Positions 15,126 through 29,361 of a DNA stretch of 64,000 nt are shown piece after piece. Under the pieces are notes generated by a model. The model was not told where the DNA came from. It worked only from the letters and a program-made list of their open reading frames with translations, and ran no database searches. Origin of the DNA: the human T2T-CHM13v2.0 reference genome, Homo sapiens; the NCBI RefSeq assembly GCF_009914755.1, contig NC_060932.1, one strand, 5' to 3'. Each line of letters begins with the position of its first letter. Within the stretch, counting starts at the first letter, position 1. The translations under genes and the position numbers were made by a program.

Positions 15126-15583
15126 AAATAAAATCTGTTCTGAACAATTTTTAGGAGTCACCGATACATGGTTAGCAGTGTTTCAGGAAACCCTGAAATC
15201 ACACTGGAAGAGTCTGTCAAGACAGAAGAGAGAGGAGGCGGTTCCAAGATGGAGCTGGAGAACACCAAGACTAAAAGACACAGAGAATGAGAACTGTGCT
15301 GGTCTCCAGGTTCATCTGCTTTCTTAAACTAACCATGAGCCAAGAAACAAGTGGAAGAGGCCAGATGAAAGGGAAAAGAAGAGCTAACACCATATGAGCT
15401 CTTAGTAACGCCAGGTATTGCTCTCAGCACTTTGCATTCTTATTCTTATCAATTTATTGTATTTAATTCTCACAGCAGCCCTGCCAGTCAGATGCTTTAT
15501 CCCATTTAACAAATGTGAAAACTGAGGCACAGAGGTTAGACAATTCCCTTATGGTCACATAGTAAGTGGTAGAGCTGGGATCC

Positions 15584-15942
15584 TGATATGGTTTGGCTGT
15601 GTCCACACCCAAATCTCATCTTGAATTATAGTTCCCATAATCCCCACATGTCATAGGAGGAACCCAGTGAGAGGTCATAGAATCATGGGGGCAGTTACCC
15701 TCATGCTGTTCTCATGATAGTGAGTTCTCCTGAGATCTGATGGTCTTATAAGGGGCTTTTCCCCCTTTGCTCAACACTCATTCTCTCTCCTGCCACCTGT
15801 GAGGAAGTGCCTTCTGTCATGATTGTAAGTTTCCTGAGGCCTCCCTAGCCATGTGGAACTATGAGTCAATTAAACCTCTTTTCTTTGTAAATCACCAAGT
15901 CTCGGGTATTTCTTCATAGCAATGTGAGAATGGACTAATACA
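15584..15942 (+). mobile_element. THE1 solo LTR (inserted in a MIR)
   Basis: tgatatggtttggctgtgtcc...ggactaataca; perfect 5-bp TSD GATCC (15579-15583, 15943-15947). Confidence 0.95.
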
Positions 15943-18900
15943 GATCCCAAGCCAGAGGTTTAACCCACACCCCTTTTCCTTCCCACTGTGCTATATAACC
16001 TCCAAAGGTGATAGGAAGGAAGCACTGCTATATTCATAGCCACACAACCCTCAGTCACAATGGAAGCCTAAAACCTAGAGGGGAAGTAGATATCCCAGCT
16101 TTTTCTAAGAGACTGACAGAGGTTCCTGATGAAGGATATCTGCCATTGACTTTCCGTGAGATACAGGGACTCATATACCCTGAAGGTGTCCAATCCAGAC
16201 CTTGGATCCACATTTTGTTTCATTCTAAATGGCAATGCTGGCCCTAAGGTCATACATATTTCCTCATTCAACAGAAGCCTGCTGCATATCTGTGGAACTC
16301 CCCTAACAAAATAGGACAAGTAACCCAGCCCTAGGAAGATGGGATTAATCATAGAATTTTTAAAAAATAATATAAGGTACTTCTTTAGTCATGAACATAA
16401 TTTCTATTAGTCTGGGAGAGCAGAACTTGGCTCTAAAATGCTAGTTCTGCAAAGCCAGGGAAGAAACTTTATAAACTGAAACAGTACATTATAATAAATG
16501 AAGGGTCTGTTTGGTAGCAGGAGGGACAGTCTTTTTAGCAATGCTCTATCCCAAAGATATTTTTCCTGACAAAGATGGTAGAATCATTGTACTGAGAGTG
16601 TAGGACTAAAGAATAAACAGAGCTTTGTCTTGTGCTTTGGTTTTATTTTAACTACTATACGAGGGGGGAAAGAGAACTGGTATTTCACATACCAGAAATT
16701 AGAATGGAATTTTTAGAGTATTAGAACAGCAAGTTTAGCTTTTGGTAGAAACAGACTTTAAAGCTATGGTCTATTTTAAGTTCAGTTATATCTAAATTGA
16801 CTAAGAAATGCAGTTTATAAACCATTATTACCTTCTATACTAGTCATGTTTTATGACTTTCTATAATTGTTTAAAACATATTCCATGGTTCTTGAAGGGC
16901 ACAAATACATGGTAAGTTTACCTGTCACTTAGGCAAAAATGGCAAAGACCTTTACCACCAAGGATAGCAAGGCCAAGTTTACTTGGGACCTTGTCTCCAT
17001 CTGATTAATGAGTAAATATTTAGCTCTTGAATGGCAAAAATATACTGAATTCTGTAGCTTTTCTCATCAGCAAATAGAAAAGAAGACAATTTACAAACAG
17101 CATGGAATTAATGGTTTCAGTGTCTCCTTGAGAACTTCCCTATAAAAACTTATTTGCTTCTTAAAGGAAGACTCACATTTCTGTTTCCTATTTTTCTTTC
17201 TCAGAGAGGGAACTTGTATTACTCTATTTCCAGAGAAGAAGAACACACCAACAGACTGATGGGGAAAGGCAATGAAAATAAACTGTAGGAATAGGACCGG
17301 AAGAGTTGAAATAAGAATGCAGAGCCCTAGGCTGTAGGTCTGTGTGGCCTGGGACTCTGCATTGCCAACCAGCTCCCAGGTGATGCTTATAGAGCTGGTC
17401 TGAGGACCACACTCAGGATAGCAAGGGTACAGGAAGCATCCCTACAAGTACACCCCAAGACATTGACTCTGGGTGGCTGGAGCCCTGAGCTGGTCACATT
17501 CAGCTTCTGCAGCTTCCCCTGGGGCTTCAAATCTTGCCAGTTTGTCACAGTGCGTAACCAAAGTATCTTCTCAGTGTGCCCTGATGGGTAAAAGGTTGAG
17601 AAACACTGCTTTAGAGGCCTGGAGGTGAAGATTTGGCTTTCAGGAGCAGGGGCCTAAGAAAATGTCTTTAGAAATCATGCAGAGGGCAAAACGTGGAAGA
17701 AAATTTGAGTAAAAACAAGCTCAACATGGGAATGCTCTGAGGCCAAGAGAAAGCAAGGCCAGAGTAGCTATATATGAATGCACTGTAGCATGGTGGCAAA
17801 CACTCATGCCTTAAGAGACATTCAAATTTAAATTTAAAATTAAATTAAATACAATATAAAAAGAGATATTCAGGAGTAAGAGAGGTAAAGACCAATATGA
17901 AATTTTGCAGTAAACACAGGCCAGGGCCAGAAGGATGGAATTTGGAAAAAGTAGGCTAGAATCAGATTTGAGATTAGCCATTCCTGGAAGAGTTTGCCAA
18001 AATCTTGAGAAGGAATTGGAATTTAAGCAAGAACACATCTGTCATTATATTAGATGATGGACATGCATGTGACTGCTTCTTTTTTTTAATAGACTTTATA
18101 TCATTCATCCGTGTTATATTTTTGTTCTCATCCCTTTTGTTTCCAATGATTGGAGCATTAAGGAATGTCTTCAGATATTGTAAATGAGTCCTGGGTGGTG
18201 AACCCTGGACATACTCAGCCAAGCATCTGGTCTTAATGCCTTATATAAGGACTTTTATATAAGGATGGAATTTGGAAAAAGTGGGCTAGAATCAGATTTG
18301 AGATTAGCCATTCCTGGAAGAGTTTAAGGCTGGCATTCCTTAACTAAATTAGTCCCATATCCAGTACTTACAAGAGATCTCAGTGCCTGGTTGCTTGCAG
18401 CAAAGAAACTCTGTGGTTAAGTCCTCCTGTCAGCCTTTCCCCAAAGTCCTGCACCAAACAGGACCTTTATCAATCCACTGGTTCCCACACTGAAGACCAT
18501 GGCTGTGAGCTATGCTCTGTCTTCATCATGTTAGTGTCATAACATCATTCCCTGGAGAACTTTGTCTTCACTCTCCTAGCAACATTAGCTGGGCCCTTTC
18601 CAGGGGTTCAAGTTTATCTTCCTTCCTTGCCTGGAATGTTTCTTGAATGTTTGTAACTCTTTGACTTAAAGACGTCTCAATATATGAATTAAACCTATTT
18701 GCTGTTTGTTCCAATATGGTGAATAGTTCAGACCCGTAAGGTTGGGTCCATTCCGTCCAACCCACTTGACACCTCAGAGTTTCTCCTTTCTTCCTTGTGT
18801 GTTAAACAGGCACAAATTGAGTTGCAATCAAAGTGCAACTGGATTTTTATCACCCACTGACTTTTTAAAATCAACTCCCTGCCCTTGGATGAAAACTTGG

Positions 18901-19038
18901 TAGGTGCCATGGCCTCTTCTGTTCTTTCTTGGGTTGTAGACTCTCCTGGGGCCCATAAATTACAAAACAGATCAACTGAGTAATTTGAATGTTCAGTCCA
19001 AGACATTAGTCAAAACTTCGAATTTGATTTATTGTTAA

Positions 19039-19426
<388 letters not shown>

Positions 19427-22400
19427 TGGTTTTGTCTCTTGACCATTGGTTAGAGTGGTGCAAGTTGGGCACTAGGCAACTCCAGGGAAGTGGGAAAGGG
19501 CCCACCATTCATACTCAGGCCTTTTCCTATGTGCACAAAGATGCCATTTGGTGGGACGCTTCTTGGCTTCTTCCCCTTCTCTCCCCCTGCTCTGGCTTGC
19601 CAGGTAAGGGACGGGAAATACCTTCTCCAAATTGGTGCCCCTCTCAGTTAGAGTTACACTGTCTGCTCTGGCCAAAGTTTAAGGCTGGCACTCTTTTGTA
19701 GGCTCTTCTGAAGATTTGGGGGGAATTCTCCTGCAGGCCAATCCAGCTGCGATTCAGTCATGGGGGTTGGGGAGCGACACCAGCTTTCCCATCTGGCAGC
19801 CTCCGGTCCCCCCCAGCTCTCCTTTCCTGGGAATTTACCCACACCTACTTGCACTGTTGGAATTCCCTTCTATCTGGTGAAGACCCTCTTGGTTAGGACT
19901 TAGTCAGGTCCAGGCCAGCTCTTTCTCTGGTATGTGGGAATTGCTGCAAGTCCACCCCAGCATGACCTGTTGCCACCATCTGTGAGTTCTCTCAGTTGTG
20001 AGCACAGGTCACCTGTGTTCTCAACTGCAGGGAGCACATGTCAGCTCTCCAGGAGGTCCCATGGCAGCCCTCTCACCAGACTTGAAATGGGGGTAGCCCT
20101 CACCTCTCACCAGAGGGGAGTGGGGCTTACAACCAGATGGCATTTCTCTCCAAAGAAATTCATTTATGCTGTGTCCTTGTTCCGTTCCAACCAATCTCTA
20201 TTTCCTTAATCTGGCTGAAGGGCTCAACAATATGGAACAGTTCCACACAGTTTCCTATGTAAATGAAGGAATCCGTCTTACACTCGTTTTGGTACCTGTT
20301 GGTCATTGTACTGGGGCATCTTGAAATTAAACCCCAATTATATCCATTTTAGAGCCACTCCATTCTTCCTCTCCTAGTATTAACAAAGCATTAAGAGTAA
20401 ACTTTCAGGGAAAACTGCAATTCTCCTTTTCAACTCAACAGGAAAGACAATAGCAGAGCTCATGGGGTAATAATCTCTGTCCAGCCCTAGGCAGCCAAGC
20501 TGAAGGTCTTCTTGGACTTCTCTCAGGCACAAGCTCCATGAGAGGCAGGCAGGCTTCTGGTCTAGCCTGTGATAGTATGATTCTTTGATTACCATCAATT
20601 TGGTAATTCTCTTAGGGCTAAAGAACCAAGTGTTAAATACATCAAGTTGAACAAAACACCCTGAGAGAGACACATATCCCAAAGTATTTGGCTTTTAAGA
20701 TGAATGTGAATTCTTATATTTTTAAATATTGTATTTCACATTTTTGGGAAGTTCCTCTCAAACTCTCACTGCTAGTCACAGAACAATTCCAAAACGATGG
20801 CTCTTCTTTGATGGCCCAAAGAAACGGTTTCAGAGAAGCCCCCAGTGCTCAGAACTCCATAGTCAACATTTATGGGTGGAATTGAGCTTGCAGAGCAAAT
20901 GTGCCAGCTGCTTATTATTGTGAGGAGGATGTATGGGAAGGAGGGTGATCTCTGTGGCTAATGGAGTCCTGGCTACACCACTGAACAATGGACTGGAAAA
21001 CCTAAAATCAAAGTCTTTCTGTTCCTGCCCTGAAGGACTCCAATAAACTTGGTGTCCCAGGAAATCCTAGTCCAGTCCAGACTGGAATCTAGAGTCTGGC
21101 TGTTTGAAAAACTTGTGGGCTGGGGACTCCTCCAGGTGTCTATTTGCCCAGGGTGGTAGCCCTAAGGGGTGTGTGTTTGTGTGTATGTACATGCATATCC
21201 AGCCCCCTCGATTATTTTTGAATCTCTGAAGAAAAATTAGAGGCAGACACTGGAGTAACTGTTTTCATGAGGGAATGTGTACGACACTGAGCACTTGAGG
21301 TCCTGCTTTGGAACCTTGGAGATGAATGAGGTACAAAGTTAGAGATGGGACTACCCTCCCCACCTCTGCATTGAGTCTATGACCAGGAGATGACACCTCA
21401 ACACAGACGCTGGTGTTCTCATGGGGCACAGCACAAGGTGCCACTTGGGTCTCTCAGGCTGTTCTGTGAATGGAAGACAGTGGCCAGGAAAGCCAGAGGA
21501 GATGGCAGCAGATCCCTTCAGCAGCTGTGCCAGATGGACTGGTCCCTGAGGCAGCCTCTCCCAGCCTCTCAAAATACCTAAGGCTGGGGTGATGTCACCT
21601 GAGTAGGTGAGGGCATGAATGGGAAATGTAGGAGACTGACTATAGCAGTGCTTCCTGTGGGTCCACAGACAGACTCAGCCTTGATTCCTGACATTCAGCC
21701 AAGAAGCAGAGTGTATACAATGGGAGCTCTTACAAAAAAACAGTTGAACCTGGTTATAACATGACTCACATTGCATGGGTTAGGGCTTATTCTGGGGCAA
21801 ATGCAGACTGGAAACAAATCCAGCACCTACCCCAACCTTGGAGTGAATAGAATCATCTCCAAATTCCCTCTGAGTGTGCAAATGCAAATTCTGGGCTCAT
21901 TTCTGGAAAGTCTGATTGAGCAGATGTGAGGTGAGGCCTGGTTATCTGCTATAAGCACCCTCGGGAGCTTCCAAGCAGTAAGCCAAGGCCCAAGCTTTGA
22001 CAAACACTGTCTAACAGTAATAAACCACCCAGCTGACTCACATGGCCAAAAATTGGAAACATTTTAATTCCTGTAAGATTGAAGGTGAACATCTGTACAC
22101 CAAGGGTTATTATCCTGGCCCCCCTCCTCAAATAAGTTGTTTCTGATAGCAGGAGAAGTCTTTAAAGATGGTCTTGCTGCTGAAGGTCTCAAAGGTGACA
22201 AAAGTGTCCACCTGGCTGCCAGGTGAAAAGCTAGACTTTGCAAACAGGAATTTCCCATCTGAGGACACCTGCAACTTCCACATGTTTGCCTTGTGATCAG
22301 AATAAGGTCAGTCGTGAAAGGACCCTTGAACAAATGAATGAGGCAGACAAACAAGGTGCCATGGCTTTGTTCTGTGGGTAGAATGAAGAAAATGTGTTAA

Positions 22401-22945
22401 GTTGTCCAATGAGAAAGAAGACACAAAGGAACCATCCCCAGTGAAGGAAACTGACGCAACTGTCTTCATGAGCTTGCAAGGGAGAACAAAATGTTCAGAA
22501 GCTGAGCCCCCAAAACTTCAGAGACCTGGAATGAAAAGTGTGGGTGGTAAGGGAGGTAATAGGCAGAGTAACACAGCCTTAGGGATGGCCCGGCCTGACC
22601 ACGGTGATAAAGGAGCTGTCTACACAATAGTGTTACCAACTTGAGGGGAGTTGGTATCTGCCTTAGCCTGGGGAAAAGCAAGAGGGCATCAAGCAGGGGA
22701 AGAGGAAGAAGGTCTGAAGGGTAGGCTGACAGAAACAGAAGCCCACAGAGAGGGCTAGAGAGGCAGGGGGCAGGGCAACAGCCTAGAAGGCAGCCCTTGC
22801 CAAAATACCAAGCTAAGCCAGCGGTAGTATTCTATGTAATGTGTTTAATTGTATTGCTGCTGACTTATTTCCAGCTGTTATTCAGTTAATGTCCCAACTT
22901 CCTTGGACAGGAATAAATTTCAGGTCTTATTTCATTCCACAGTTC

Positions 22946-23125
22946 ACTGGTTCTCCAACTCTAGTGTGCATCAGAACCACGTGGAAGGCATGTCAAAATA
23001 CAGATCTGTGGGCCCCAACCCAGGGCTTCTGACTCAGCTGGGCCAGGGCCTCAGAAATTGCATTCTCACCAACTCCACGGTGATGCTGATGCTGCTGGTC
23101 TGAGCACCACACTTTAAAAACCACT
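22946..23125 (+). mobile_element. MER5A (hAT-Charlie) element
   Basis: cactggttctccaact...gcatcagaaccacgtgga...attgcattctcacc...gatgctgatgctgctggtctg...accacactttaaaaaccact; further MER5 pieces near 17320-17420, 21860-22010, 55795-55957. Confidence 0.8.
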
Positions 23126-23424
23126 AATAAAGAGCATCCTTCCCTTAAACAGGTAAAAGAAGATGGGAGGAAGCTGGAGACAAAGAGAATAAAGGAGCCT
23201 GGTAGGAGGCAGTCTGCAACAATGTAGGTAGGGCAGGTTACTCTATGCAGACTGATTTCAGTGCTCATGGGAAAGTTAAGAATAAGAAGATGTTTATATC
23301 AGCAGATTGATGCAATAAGCTTCACATGCAGAATTTACTACCTTGATTTGAAAGCAAATACCCCTGGGGAGAAAATAAAATTTATCAGTCATTTACACCT
23401 TACTCTGAATGAGTTTTAAATTTC

Positions 23425-23623
23425 ATATCTATATGTCAGATTGTCATCTGTGAATATAGATCATTTTACTTCTTCCTTTCCAATTTGGATGCCTTTTAGT
23501 TCTTTTTGTAGCTTGACTGCTCTGGCTGGAACTTCCAGTACAATGTTGATTAGCAGTGAAGAAAGTAGGCTTCCTTGGCTTGTTCCTGAGTTGAGTGGGA
23601 AAGCTTTCAGTCTCCCACCATTG
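23425..23623 (-). mobile_element. L1M ORF2 fragment
   Basis: tcatctgtgaatatagatcattttacttcttcctttccaatttggatgcc...acttccagtacaatgttga. Confidence 0.85.
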
Positions 23624-26057
23624 AGTGTTAGGCCATTCTTGTGTTGCTATAAAGAGATACCTGAGGCTGGGCCATTTATAAAGAAAAGAGGCTTAATTGG
23701 CTCACAGTTCTGCAGGCTATACAGGAAGCATGGTGCTGGCATCTGCTCACCTTCTGGGGAGGCCACAGGGAGCTTTTACTCATGGCAAAAGGTAAAGTGG
23801 CAGCTTGTACATTACATGGTAGGAGCAGGAGCAAGGGGGTTGGGGAAGGTGCCACACTTTATAACAACCAGATGTCATGAGGACTCACTCACTATCAGGA
23901 GGATAACAGCAAGCCATGAGAGATCTGCCCCCATGAGCCAAACACCTCCCACCAGGCCCCACCTCCAACATCAGGGATTACAATTCAATATGAGATTTGG
24001 TGGGGACATATATTCAAACTATATCATTCTGCCCCTGGCCCCACAAATCTCATATGCTCCTCATAGTGCAAAATATAATCATGCCTTCCCAAGAGCACCC
24101 CAAGGTCTTAATTCATTCCAGCATGAACTCAGAAGTCCAAAGTCTCATCTGAGACAAGGCAAGTCCCTTCCGTCTATGATACTGTAAAATCAAAAGCAAG
24201 TTATTTACTTCCAAAGTACAATGAGGGTACAGGCATTGGGTAAACATTCCCATTCCAAAAGGGAAAAAATTGGCCAAAAGAAAGAGATGAGAGGTGCCGT
24301 GGAAGTTCAAAACCCAGCCAGGCAATCATTAAATCTTAAAGCTCCTGAATAATCTCCTTTGACTCCATGTCCCAGATCCAGGGCACATTGCTGCAACAAG
24401 TGGGCTCCTAAGGCCTTAGGCAACTCCACCCCCACCTGTGTCTCTGTGGTGTCTACTCACCATGGCTGTTTTCATGAATTAGAGTTGGTAGCCTGTGGCT
24501 TTTCCAGGTGCAGAGTGCAAGCTGCTGGTGGATCTACCATTCTGGGATCTGGAGGACAGTGGCCTTCTACCCACAGCTCCACTAGGCAGTGCCCCAGTAG
24601 GGACTCTGTGAAGGGCCTCCAACTCCACATTTCCTCTCTGCACTGCCCTAGTAGAGGTTATCTGTGAGGGCTCTGCCCCTACAGCAGGCTTCTGCCTGGG
24701 CACCCAAGCTTTTTCATACATCTTCTGAAATCTAGGGGTAACCTTCCAAGCCTTATTCACTCTTGCATTCTGTGCATCCACAGGCTTAACATCATGTGGA
24801 AGCTGCCAAGCCTTACTGCTTACACCCTCTGGAGCTAGAGCAGAGGCCCGAGTTGTACCTGGATCCCTTTGAATTGTGGCTGTAGCTGGAGCTGCCTAGG
24901 TGTAGGGAACAGTGTCCTGAGGCTGCACAGAGCAGCAGGGCCCTGGGCCTGGTCCCCAAAACCATTCTCTCCTAGGCCTTTGGACCTGTGATGGGAGGGG
25001 CTGCCTCTGAGATCTCCAAAATGCCTTCAAGGCCTTTTCTCCCATTGTCTTGGCTATCAGCACCTGGCTCTTTCTTAGTTATGCAAATCTCTCTAGCAAG
25101 TGATTGCTCCACAGCCTGCTTGGATTCTTCCCCTGAAAACAGGCTTTTCTTTTCTACCACATGTCCAGGCTGCAAATTTTCCATACCTCTACCCTCTGCT
25201 TCCCTTTTAAATATAAATTCCAACTTTAGGTTATTTATTTGCTCCCACATCTGAATGTAGGCTATTAGAAACAGCCAGATCATATCTTGAATATTTTGCT
25301 GCTTAGAAATTTCTTCTACCAGATACTCTAGGTCATCACTCTCAAGTTCAAACTTCCCTAGATCCCTAGAGCATGGACACAATACATCCAAATCTTTGTT
25401 AAGGCATAACAGGGTGACCTTTGCTCTATTTCCTAATAAGATCTTCATTTCCATCTGAGACCTCAGCAGCCTAGACTTCACTGTCCATATCACTATCAGC
25501 ATTTTGGTCACAGTGAATTAACCAGTCTCTAAGAAATTCCAATCTTTCCCTCATATTCCTGCCTTCTTCTGAGCCCTCCAAACCCTTCCAACTTCTGCCT
25601 CTTATCTAGTTCTATAGCTGCTTCCACATTTTCAGGTATCTTCATAGCAATGCCCAACTCCCAGTACCAACTTTTTGTGTTAGGCCATTCTTGTGTTGCT
25701 ATAAAGAAATACCTGAGACTTGGTAATTTATTTTAAAAAGAGGTTTATTTGGTTCACTGTTCTACAGGCTGTACAGGAAGCATGGTGCTGGCACTTGCTC
25801 AGCTTCTGGGGAGGACTCTGGGAGCTTTTACTTATAGCAGAAGGCAAAGCAGGAGCTTGCACATCACATTGTGGGAGCAGGAACAAGAGAGAGTTGGGGC
25901 CAGCTCTCATGAGAACTCACTCACTATCAGGAGGACAGCACCAAACCATGAGGGATCTTCCCCATGACCCAAACACCTCCCACTAGGCCTCACCTCCAAC
26001 AGTGGGGATTACAATTCAACATGAGATTTGGTAGGGACATATAGTCAAACTATGTCA
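23624..26057 (-). mobile_element. Second full-length MST (MSTB-like) provirus: LTR ~23624-24026, internal 24027-25675, LTR 25676-26057
   Basis: Paired LTRs; internal region collinear with 6850-8461 (shared peptide-like strings FSRCRVQAAGGST, LKLEFIFKR); no clear TSD. Confidence 0.9.
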
Positions 26058-26187
26058 CCAACTGTGAGTAAAACTCATATTTGAGGAGGTTCAGAGGGTA
26101 AGGAGAAAGGAAAGGCACAGAGACTGGATATGGCCTATAATTTATTCATTTTAACCTCATTTTACCCATGGCTAGTCTGAGGCTGAG

Positions 26188-26494
<307 letters not shown>

Positions 26495-27831
26495 GAGAAC
26501 AAGTTTTAAAAGCCAATTTATTAAGAAGGATTTAAGGTTAAAGCTGATAACCTAGTTCTAGTTCTAGTTACTGCTCTATATGGGACTTGGGCAAGGTTCT
26601 TGACTTTTTGGGACCTTAGTCTGCTCTTATAAAACAAGCATCCAGTGGCACCCTGAGAGTAACAGCTTTCAGGATACCTGGGCTGACCACAGGATTAAAA
26701 CTCACCAAGACTAGTCCAACCACAAACTGGGATTTGATGCATCTCTTCTCTCTCCCAGCACTCTTCCCTTTCTACACTCAACTCAGATCCAGACTCTTGT
26801 CTATATTGCAACTCCTTCAAACCACAGATCAATATATATTCCCATTTTACAGATTAGAAAATTGAGGTTCAGAGGGGCTTAAGTAACTCATTCAAGGTCA
26901 CATGGCTAATAAATGATAGAACTGAGATTCTTCTTCTGACTAAAGTATTTCATCTTTCCGCTTTGCTACTCTTTGTAACTCCTAACCTGGTACTCTTTTC
27001 CACACACCACACACTTTGAATCCTAGTCTCAGCCTAGCATACCTGGTAATACCTCCATTTGAGCCTGTGCCCCTCCTTTCATGCCCTCCTCAGTTATGAA
27101 ACCCTAAAGCCAGGAAAGGGGCATTTCTTATCCTGCCTGCCTCTTCCCACTCCAGCCACCTGGCTTGATGAGCACATGGTCTCACTGTCTTCTGATGGGC
27201 TGTTTTGTGAAAGGTGTGAGCTACAGGATAGAATAAGCTCTGTAATTTATTCCTGTCACGGGGAACTTAAATATTAGCTAGATCACAACAGGAAACCAGC
27301 CATTCAAAAGTAATACAATCAAAGATGTTTTTCAGTCCAAACATACCTGCAGAAGGGAAAACAATCCCAGCTGTCTTCCAATCTGGAGGAGCCACAGAGT
27401 TTTTTGTAGTCCAGGCATGAGTACCTGATGTACTGTCTCCAGGACAAAGGTTTTGGTTTGAACATTAAGCATTCCTAACTTGGTCTCAGTTAAAAGGCAG
27501 TAGCACTCCTCCCTAGGAAAGAAGGGTGCTGGGGCACAGTCCTGAAATGAAAAGCAGGCAGGGCACCCCAATGGCAGAACCCAGGAGTGCCTTGGACACC
27601 TTCTTCTGTGAACTCACCACCGTTAGGGGATGAGGCCACCAGGAAGGCATCTGACTACTCAGGACCACCTTATCCCAACTGAAATGCAGAAAAGCCGTGC
27701 CAAATGAGGGCTGGGAAATGAATGTACATGAAGGATTCCAGCATTGCTGAGAAGTGGATATGAGTGTCCGTTTACAGTTTTAAATGTTTTGTAAGGAATG
27801 TAATCAGAATAGGAGTATTGAAACCACCCTA

Positions 27832-28544
<713 letters not shown>

Positions 28545-29180
28545 TTATAAGTAATTGAAGCCATGAGTAAGAGTAGCTTAGGTAATTTTGTTATTTACTG
28601 TTTCACGGGAACAGGAAATGGGTGATAGGAGGTTTCAAGGCTGGTCCAGCCATGTAACAGTATATTCAAATCCCAAGCTTCTTTTTCCTTTTACCTCTTC
28701 CATTATCAGAATCTTGGCTTTTTGGTTCCTCCTTGTGTTTGTTGCCTCGTGGTCACAAGATGGCTGCCACTATTCCAAGGACCATATCCATACAGAACAG
28801 TTTGAAGGCAGGGCACAATGAGGTATGCCTGGCAGAGACATTCTTTTCACAAGCCTCACCCTTAGCAAGGAGGAAAAAGTATCCACAAGACTCCGACAGG
28901 CATTTCTTTGTTTCATTAGCTAAACTGGGCCATTTGGTCATTTCGAGCTGCAAGGGAGTCTGGGAAGCCAAGTATGTGGCTTTCCCAACTTCTATCATTG
29001 GAAGTGGGTAAGGGCTTGGAATGGCTTTAGTAGATAGCTAAGAGTATCTGATATGGAGATAAATAAATGCATGGCCAAAAAAATAAAAATAAGAATTCTT
29101 CCCATTGGGCCAAAGAAAAGGTTTTAGAATATACCTACAGTTTTAGTAAAAAGAAAGCTTCCAATATTGAAAAAAACTCC

Positions 29181-29361
29181 TGTGTATGTGTGCGTATATA
29201 TATATGTGTGTGTATATATATACACACACACACGTACATATGTGTATATACACACACATATGTACATATATGTATATACACACACATATGTACATATATG
29301 TGTGTATATATGTGTATATGTGTGTGTGTGTGTGTATATGTATGTGTGTGTATATATACAC
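29181..29361. repeat. Complex (TA/TG/CA)n alternating purine-pyrimidine tract
   Basis: 181 bp of uninterrupted YR alternation; a second shorter tract at ~29447-29498. Confidence 0.95.

Noticed and set aside
16068-16352. Minus ORF with FLGLGY, faintly RT-connection-like
   Set aside because: Motif too short and no further homology recognisable
18239-18250. CCTTATATAAGG as an SRF CArG box
   Set aside because: Has 8 A/T between CC and GG, not the required 6; treated as a palindrome instead
23441-24187. Longest ORF (248 aa, +)
   Set aside because: Chimera of antisense L1 and antisense MST LTR/internal sequence; non-ATG start; no domain or splice support
24972-25511. 179-aa minus ORF and homologous fragments at 7766-8398
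   Set aside because: Decayed MaLR internal ORF, frameshifted differently in the two proviruses
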